This document shows positions 56,170 through 64,000 of a stretch of 64,000 nucleotides of DNA, in pieces (position 1 is the first letter of the stretch; the number at the start of each line of letters is the position of its first letter). The translations under genes were made by a program, and so were the position numbers. Below the pieces are notes generated by a model. That model searched no databases. It was not told where the DNA came from and worked only from the letters and a program-made list of their open reading frames with translations. The DNA is from Pauljensenia sp. (GTDB taxonomy: Bacteria > Actinomycetota > Actinomycetes > Actinomycetales > Actinomycetaceae): NCBI GenBank assembly GCA_042645485.1, contig JBHRQN010000003.1, positions 2,450-66,449 on the forward strand, in the 5' to 3' direction.

Positions 56170-59100
56170 GCATCGATAGTTCACGGCTCAGTGTTGATGA
56201 AATTCTGCGATTGGCCACCCCCCGAAGCCGCCAGTATTTTCCCCCCACAGATGAGCAGCGTGCCGTAATCGAAGCACCTCTTGAACCTCTGCTTGTCGTT
56301 GCGGGAGCGGGAGCAGGGAAGACAACCACCATGTCACAGCGCGTGCTCTACATGGTTGCCCATCACGGAATCGAGCCGGAGCGCATTCTCGGCTTAACCT
56401 TTACACGGAAAGCAGCGGGGGAGCTGGGGCTCAAAATGCGGCAAGACCTCGGGGTCTTGGCATCAAATCTTGGCCGTAGCTTTCAGGGCGATCCAACGGC
56501 ATTGACCTATAACTCTTTCGCTGCTCGAATCCTTGGTGAGTATGGCGCAACAATTGGGGTAGACCCCGACTCGCGCTTGATCGGACAGGCGCAGCAGGTT
56601 CAGATTCTTACCGAGATCGTCCAAAACTGGAGGGGAGAGTACCCCGAAGAAGACGGGCGATACAAACCAACGTCATCAATTGTTGCTGCGGTACTTGCGT
56701 TAAGCGGTCATATCGCAGAACAAAATATGACCCTTGATCAAGGGGCAAAAGCTCTCCGCGCATTTAGCGAAGAGCTGGAAGAAATTGCTCAATCTGCAGG
56801 AAAAGATCCGACCGGTTCTCTCAAATCCATGATCACCGTCAACGCCAATAGGATTCTGCTCCTTGAAATGGCGCGGGTATTCGAAGACTACAAACGCAGT
56901 CACGGTCTGATTGATTTTTCAGATCAGCTTCTTCTTGCAACACAAATCGTTACAGAGAACGCTTCAGTTGTCCGTCAGGTGCGCTCCGACTATCAAGCTG
57001 TCCTTCTCGACGAATTCCAAGATACGTCGGTCATCCAGATGACCTTCCTATCCGCCCTTTTTGCAGATCATCCAACCACCGCAGTCGGTGATCCCAGTCA
57101 AGCAATTTACGGTTGGAGAGGTGCTTCGGCATCCGCGCTCAGTAACTTCTTGACCGCATTTTCAACCCCGCGTGAGGCAAAGCAGCTCACCCTCTCTACC
57201 GCGTGGAGAAACGACCACGCAATCCTCCAGGCAGCAAATGCGGTTGCTCGTCCGCTGCGAGGCCTTCCCAGAATCGGCCAAGACGGCAGCTCGGGGAGCA
57301 CGTCCATTAAGGTTCCCCAGGTCAAACCTCCAGTTCTTGGGCCCCGGCCTCAAGCGGGAGAAGGGGAAGTGAGTGCAAGCTATCCGCTGACATACCAGGA
57401 AGAACTTGAGCATGTCGTCGAATTCATCCGTCAGCATCGCGTCCAAGACGCGAAGGGAAAGTGGAACACCTGCGCTGTGTTGTGTCGTCGTCGTGCAGAT
57501 TTTCCTGCGATCGAACGTGCACTCAAAGACGCAGATATCCCGGTTCAAGTTGTCGGTTTAGGAGGACTCTTAGACCAACCTTCAGTCAGTGACGTTCGTG
57601 CCGCCCTCGAGCTCGCTTCAGATCCGACGAATGCCCCAGCTCTTATGCGCCTTGTTACCGCGATGGATATTGGCGCGGCTGACCTCCTGGTTCTTAACCA
57701 ATATGCAAAATACCGGGCCCGACAGGGAACGCAGGCTGAACAGGAGCATCCGGATGTTTTCCTTATGGATGCCATCGATCAACTTCCGCCTGCGGGGTGG
57801 CATGCGCCTTCAGGAGGCCCGTCATTTACCGCTGTCGCACATGAACGGCTTTCGCTTCTTGCTCGCCGACTTGAAATTATTCGTCAAGGAACTGGCAGGC
57901 CACTCGACGAACAAATCGAGCGTGCAATGTCCATTCTTGGACTCAGAGAAGCCATCATGTCCGACCCCCTTGGTGATGGGGGAATGGAAATGCTCGATGC
58001 ATTCGTTGATATCGCGGCTGACTACGAAGCACAGGTCGCAGGCGCTGACCTATCCGGATTCCTTACATGGCTAGCAGTCGCAGAGGAAGAAGAAAAAGGT
58101 CTCCCAATCCCTACCAGTGCCACTCGAACCGATGCAGTCCAATTACTGACGATTCACTCTGCAAAGGGACTGGAATGGGACTCGGTCGTGGTCTTTGGCC
58201 TACAAGATTCGCGCTTCCCTAACCACAGCGCCTCTCCAAGAGACTGGAAGCAGGACCCCCCGGGGGCAAAAGAATGGTTTAACTCCCTTTCAGAATTGCC
58301 CTATCCCGTGCGCAGAGATTACTCGGACCTTCCCCAGATCGTCCCCGAAGAGTACGGGGAGATCGGAATAGCAGCCTATTTCGATCTGCTTGCATCTGAA
58401 GCAACAAGTTCGCGGACAACTGCGATGAGTATCTTCAACAACCACATGCAGGGAAAGTCCGGCAAGGAAACAAATAAAGACAGCATTCACTATCGCCAAG
58501 GAATTCACCATGAATGCGAAGAACGGCGTTTGGCTTATGTCGCATGGACTCGAGCGCGACACGATCTGCTCCTGAGCGGTTCTTGGTTTGACTCAGGAAG
58601 CCTCAAACCGCGTGATCCATCCCGGTATCTCATGGAAACGGTCGACGCACTTGATCTAGATGCTCAGCAGATCGCTGCGCGACCTGACGAAGACTGGGAA
58701 TCTGAACAGCTTATCGAGGTCGATACCCGACTGCGACAGTATCCAATCCTTCCAGGGCGTTCACGCCAACTGGTCATTGACAGTGCTGCACGCGTTCAAG
58801 CTCTCATAGATCAGAGCGAAGGCGACCCAGATGTCATAGATGCCAGCGGAGATTCCTTGATTCATGACACCCACTTACTGCTTGAAGAACGAGAAAAGGA
58901 TCTTCATTCGGCGCTTGATATTCGCATTGATCGTGTTCGCGCCACCGGAATCTCAGACTTGATTGGAAAGGCAGAAACGTGGATTAACAATATCCGCAGG
59001 CCTTTGCCGGTTGAGCCTCAATCAAGTTCCGTGCTTGGCACAATCTTCCACAAATGGGTTGAAAAAGAACTTCACCTCAGTACCGGTGAGCTTTGGGACG

Positions 59101-59576
59101 AACCGGTGGAAGGTAGCGAAGCATTGGAAGCTTCTGATCAACAGCTGCTTGCTCAGATGCAAGAGAACTTCCATTCGCTCAACCTTGAACAGCTTGAACC
59201 CATTGCGATCGAAGAGCCCTTTGCGCTTACCCTTGCGGGAATATCTATTCAAGGAAGAATCGATGCGGTATTTAAAGATGCCAACGGCACATACACCGTC
59301 ATTGATTGGAAAACATCGCACCTTCCTGGGAAGAACACGCCGCTTTCAACGTGGGAGTACTACGCGCGTCAGCTTCAGCTCTACCGTATCGCCTGGGCGC
59401 AGCGCGAAGGTCTCTCTCCCAATGAAGTGCAGGCGCGAGTGTGCTTCCTCAGGGGCCCCATTAGCTACAGCATCGACGACATCGTGACTCAAACCGGTGT
59501 CCCCGTCGATCAGCTTGAATCCCAGCTGACTCAGGCGCTCAGCGAACTCCAAAAGAAAAATCCCAGCTCGCAGTGA
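56166..59576 (+). CDS. adnB: AdnB-like helicase-nuclease subunit (UvrD/Rep motor plus C-terminal PD-(D/E)XK nuclease)
   Basis: ATGA overlap with the upstream subunit. Walker A AGAGAGKTTT, LLDEFQDTS, TIHSAKGLEWD. Nuclease GRIDAVFKD...VIDWKTS, QLQLYRIAW. Confidence 0.78.
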   Translation: MSIDSSRLSVDEILRLATPRSRQYFPPTDEQRAVIEAPLEPLLVVAGAGAGKTTTMSQRVLYMVAHHGIEPERILGLTFTRKAAGELGLKMRQDLGVLASNLGRSFQGDPTALTYNSFAARILGEYGATIGVDPDSRLIGQAQQVQILTEIVQNWRGEYPEEDGRYKPTSSIVAAVLALSGHIAEQNMTLDQGAKALRAFSEELEEIAQSAGKDPTGSLKSMITVNANRILLLEMARVFEDYKRSHGLIDFSDQLLLATQIVTENASVVRQVRSDYQAVLLDEFQDTSVIQMTFLSALFADHPTTAVGDPSQAIYGWRGASASALSNFLTAFSTPREAKQLTLSTAWRNDHAILQAANAVARPLRGLPRIGQDGSSGSTSIKVPQVKPPVLGPRPQAGEGEVSASYPLTYQEELEHVVEFIRQHRVQDAKGKWNTCAVLCRRRADFPAIERALKDADIPVQVVGLGGLLDQPSVSDVRAALELASDPTNAPALMRLVTAMDIGAADLLVLNQYAKYRARQGTQAEQEHPDVFLMDAIDQLPPAGWHAPSGGPSFTAVAHERLSLLARRLEIIRQGTGRPLDEQIERAMSILGLREAIMSDPLGDGGMEMLDAFVDIAADYEAQVAGADLSGFLTWLAVAEEEEKGLPIPTSATRTDAVQLLTIHSAKGLEWDSVVVFGLQDSRFPNHSASPRDWKQDPPGAKEWFNSLSELPYPVRRDYSDLPQIVPEEYGEIGIAAYFDLLASEATSSRTTAMSIFNNHMQGKSGKETNKDSIHYRQGIHHECEERRLAYVAWTRARHDLLLSGSWFDSGSLKPRDPSRYLMETVDALDLDAQQIAARPDEDWESEQLIEVDTRLRQYPILPGRSRQLVIDSAARVQALIDQSEGDPDVIDASGDSLIHDTHLLLEEREKDLHSALDIRIDRVRATGISDLIGKAETWINNIRRPLPVEPQSSSVLGTIFHKWVEKELHLSTGELWDEPVEGSEALEASDQQLLAQMQENFHSLNLEQLEPIAIEEPFALTLAGISIQGRIDAVFKDANGTYTVIDWKTSHLPGKNTPLSTWEYYARQLQLYRIAWAQREGLSPNEVQARVCFLRGPISYSIDDIVTQTGVPVDQLESQLTQALSELQKKNPSSQ

Positions 59577-59682
59577 CGGGCAGTGGAGGAAGGAACGACT
59601 GTACGCTGAAGGCGTCCGTCTAGCGTACGCAGAGTACCGCGTAGAAAAGTAGAAAATCTGAGAAATAATGCAGAGCCTGGAT

Positions 59683-60912
59683 CTACTCGTGAGTAGGCAG
59701 GATCGCACTCATATCGATGTGCTCAGTTGGCGCTTCGGCCGCCTGCTCAGAAGCACCCTCAGAATCAGCTTTTGAGGTGCGGGCACTCAGCCTAATCGGA
59801 CCGGAGTGAGGACGAGCATGAGCTTCACTTGTGCCGGTGGATGCATCGCGTTGAGCAACTTCGGTATTGAGCGGGCTCTCGGGAGCCGACTCAGACCTTC
59901 GAAGGGTTGTGTCCTCCCTCTGTGAAGAAGACTCCTCTTCTGAAGTCGCGGAATCGTTTGCAGTCTTCACAGGCTCTTCCGTGCGCTTGGGAGTGCTTTC
60001 TCCGACACTTGCTGAGAGCTCTGCCAACATGGCTCGGGCCTCGTCGACAATCTCGGAATCCCCACTGTGCAGTCCGTGAACCAACCAACGCACCACGGCC
60101 AACTCGGAAAGAAGCTCAGCGCGCTCCAAGAGGTGCAGGTCCTTCTCGGAACGAGTTTGCTGGTAGGCCTCGTGGAAGCGCTCTAAAAACTCATCCGACG
60201 CGCGCGCAAAGACCCATGCGATATCGACGGCGGGGTCACCAACGTGTGCAGATGAAAAACCTGTCAGTGCACAGACCCGACCGTGGTCGACGTGAATCGA
60301 AGTCTCGGAAAGATCACCGTGAATGGGGGAGGGGAGGAAACGCCACAGGGACAAATTCTCCAGCGACTCTTCCCAGCGATCCCACAAGTTTGCGGGGATA
60401 ACGACTTCCTGCGCGGCCTCGTCCAAAACCGCTTGGTGACGGTCACGGCACTCAATCGCCGAATAAGCCGGAAGATTGACGCCGGTATAGATCAGCTCGG
60501 GAAGATTGTGCAGTGAGGCCAATGCATTTCCCAAAGATGCAGGCAGCAAGTGCGGGTCATCGAAATCCGAGGTTTCCATGACGTGCCCACCCAGATCGCG
60601 GTGGACCATGACTCGATCACCCTCTGGTGTGCGGGTAAAACCGGCAGGACGCGGAACCTCAAAGGGAATCTTCGAAAAATCGTGAGCCTTCCCCAAACGC
60701 TCGAGAACCGCGTTCTGGGCTTCCATGTCCAGCCCGCCGACAGTGTCGTGTGGGCAAACGACCATCCAGCGATCGCCTGAAGTGTCAATGAGTCCGGTGA
60801 CCGAAAGGACCTCATCGCTGAACTGCGGGGGACGCAGTCCGGCTACTTCAAGCCGCGGAACCGCAACTGTTGCAAGGGCAGCAAGTTCATAGGGAGTCTT
60901 AGATCGAGTCAC
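59683..60912 (-). CDS. Aminoglycoside/macrolide-phosphotransferase-like kinase (APH fold) with a low-complexity tail of about 100 aa
   Basis: Catalytic-loop region IHGDLSETSIHVD and GFSSAHVGDPAVDIAW. C-terminus rich in Ser/Glu/Thr/Ala. Confidence 0.75.
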   Translation of the reverse strand: MTRSKTPYELAALATVAVPRLEVAGLRPPQFSDEVLSVTGLIDTSGDRWMVVCPHDTVGGLDMEAQNAVLERLGKAHDFSKIPFEVPRPAGFTRTPEGDRVMVHRDLGGHVMETSDFDDPHLLPASLGNALASLHNLPELIYTGVNLPAYSAIECRDRHQAVLDEAAQEVVIPANLWDRWEESLENLSLWRFLPSPIHGDLSETSIHVDHGRVCALTGFSSAHVGDPAVDIAWVFARASDEFLERFHEAYQQTRSEKDLHLLERAELLSELAVVRWLVHGLHSGDSEIVDEARAMLAELSASVGESTPKRTEEPVKTANDSATSEEESSSQREDTTLRRSESAPESPLNTEVAQRDASTGTSEAHARPHSGPIRLSARTSKADSEGASEQAAEAPTEHIDMSAILPTHE

Positions 60913-60971
60913 GTTTAGACCTTAATGTGCTGGGCGAAAACAGCGGGGCAGGCGCATCGAGAGAAGGCTAA

Positions 60972-62471
<1,500 letters not shown>

Positions 62472-62486
62472 TTCGCAGGCTGTTTC

Positions 62487-62522
62487 AGGGGCTTCACGCC
62501 GGTGGGCGTGAAGCCCCTTTCC
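62487..62522 (+). terminator. Rho-independent terminator after gdhA
   Basis: AGGGGCTTCACGCC-GGTG-GGCGTGAAGCCCCT followed by TT. Confidence 0.85.
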
Positions 62523-62647
62523 TGTACAAGGCGGGGGAGTGCGCTCAACGAAACAGAGGGACTTCCTTTGGGGCTAGTGCGAAATGCAGGGCGCGCGTAG
62601 CATTTTCGATATCGCAATGATGCGGGCAATGGGTATGCGGAGGTTCA

Positions 62648-63262
62648 GTGATGTTCTGGGATCGGGTTGCGCCCCTTTACGACTTCTTCGAAAACACATT
62701 TAATCGCGGCGTGTATGACGGAACAGGCGTCGCTGTCGCTCAGCTGGTTGGCCCCGCAGACGAGGTTCTTGAATGCGCCTGCGGAACCGGTGCAATCAGC
62801 ACCTTCTTTGCACCGATGTGCAAGAGGCTGGTCGCTACCGACTTTTCCGAGGGAATGCTCAAACAGGCGCGGAAGAAACTTGCGAAATATCGCAATGTCA
62901 CAATCGAAAGAGCTGACATCACAAAGTTGCATTACGCGGACGATTCCTTCGATGTCGTCATCGCAGGTAATGTCATCCATCTACTTCCAGATCCTGGTGG
63001 TGTTATGAGGGAACTCGAACGAGTCGTCCGCCCCGGAGGCACTATCGTCGTCCCGACTTACGTCAAGCGTCGGCCAAGCAAACAAGGAATAATCCCGAAG
63101 ATTCTTGCGAGGCTCGGCGTTGACTTCAAGGAACAATTCGATGTGGACTCCTATCGAGCTTTCTTTGAAAAATTGGGATACCGGAACGTTACCTACACCG
63201 TTATTGACGGCCGCATTCCTTGTGTGATCGCTTCCATCACCTGTAACAATGATGGCCAATAG
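62648..63262 (+). CDS. Class I SAM-dependent methyltransferase
   Basis: Motif I VLECACGTGAIS. FDVVIAGNVIHLL, LRPGG-type motif VRPGGTIV. Confidence 0.85.
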   Translation: MMFWDRVAPLYDFFENTFNRGVYDGTGVAVAQLVGPADEVLECACGTGAISTFFAPMCKRLVATDFSEGMLKQARKKLAKYRNVTIERADITKLHYADDSFDVVIAGNVIHLLPDPGGVMRELERVVRPGGTIVVPTYVKRRPSKQGIIPKILARLGVDFKEQFDVDSYRAFFEKLGYRNVTYTVIDGRIPCVIASITCNNDGQ

Positions 63263-63293
63263 TCCTCACTGTTGAGCTCACCCGGAGTCTGAG

Positions 63294-63938
63294 ATGGCAT
63301 TTGATTTTAAGAAGGAATATAAGGAACTCTACGCGCCTAAGAAAGGGCCGAGCATCCTTGATGTTCCACCGATGCACTGCGTCGCTGTGCGCGGTAGTGG
63401 AGACCCTAATGATGTGGAGGGTGCTTACCAAAGGGCAATTTCTGTCCTATACGCCATTTCCTACACGATTAAGATGAGTAAGAAAGGCTCCCGTCAGATT
63501 GACGGGTATGTCGATTTCGTCGTACCGCCACTCGAGGGATTCTGGTGGCAAGACGGCGTTGAAGGCGCTGACTATTCCCACAAAGAGGCCTTCAACTGGA
63601 TTTCCGTTATCCGGCTGCCTGATTTTGTCTCACGCGAGGATTTCGACTGGGCGGTCCAGGAAGCGGCGAAGAAAAAGAAAGTTGATTGCTCGGTAGCTGA
63701 GTACCTGACGATAGAAGAAGGCTTGTGCGTGCAGTGCCTGCACATTGGTAGCTACGACGATGAGCCCGCCACTGTTGAGGCCATGCATGCCTATGCGCGT
63801 GAGTGCGGATACGCGATCGACCTGATGCAAGAGCGGCGTCACCACGAAATCTATCTTTCAGACGCACGCAAAGTGGCGCCTGACAAGCTCAAAACGATCA
63901 TCCGCCACCCGATCAAAGCTTTAGAAGAGAAGAAATGA
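63294..63938 (+). CDS. GyrI-like small-molecule-binding domain protein
   Basis: DFKKEYKELY...PPMHCVAVRGSGDP...PPLEGFWWQDG...HEIYLSDARK pattern typical of GyrI-like/SOUL-type effector-binding proteins. Confidence 0.75.
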   Translation: MAFDFKKEYKELYAPKKGPSILDVPPMHCVAVRGSGDPNDVEGAYQRAISVLYAISYTIKMSKKGSRQIDGYVDFVVPPLEGFWWQDGVEGADYSHKEAFNWISVIRLPDFVSREDFDWAVQEAAKKKKVDCSVAEYLTIEEGLCVQCLHIGSYDDEPATVEAMHAYARECGYAIDLMQERRHHEIYLSDARKVAPDKLKTIIRHPIKALEEKK

Positions 63939-64000
63939 GCGAGTGTCTACATTTTATTCTCTGCCTTTCGTGACTGGGTGGGGATATCGTTGAGAGTGCA

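Overview
High-GC (about 55-60% by eye) actinobacterial chromosome, probably Actinomycetaceae-like: LAxTG sorting signals, a conserved Mrp/DUF1003/MgtE-N block, AdnAB, DUF3117 and DUF3107. Most of it is dense housekeeping DNA. From left to right: (1) two wall-anchored secreted enzymes, a nuclease and a 5'-nucleotidase, followed directly by a BMP-type nucleoside ABC importer and cdd-deoA-deoD-deoC-phosphopentomutase; (2) GH13 amylase, TetR, tRNA-Gln, a truncated glmU, prs, rplY; (3) a complete minus-strand trp operon with a WWW leader peptide and attenuator, a TrpC-TrpB fusion and a PriA/HisA-type isomerase in the TrpF position; (4) the Mrp/DUF1003/MgtE-N block, pepP, PHP, MarC, glgP; (5) an accessory stretch at about 42-50 kb with a YtrA-type GntR plus ABC pair, a CPBP protease, a membrane-anchored AlbA_2/Schlafen-like protein, DUF2249, and a low-GC island of about 2.7 kb. 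The island carries two paralogous-looking 6-TM Cys-loop membrane proteins, one interrupted at a G8 tract, and an AT-rich spacer with tiny Cys-rich ORFs, followed by an ankyrin-repeat protein; (6) DEAD-box helicase, AdnAB-like helicase-nuclease, APH-like kinase, gdhA, a methyltransferase and a GyrI-like protein. I saw no rRNA, CRISPR array, transposase or integrase. The most unusual region is the 46.3-49.0 kb island. All family calls are from motif recognition only, with no database search.
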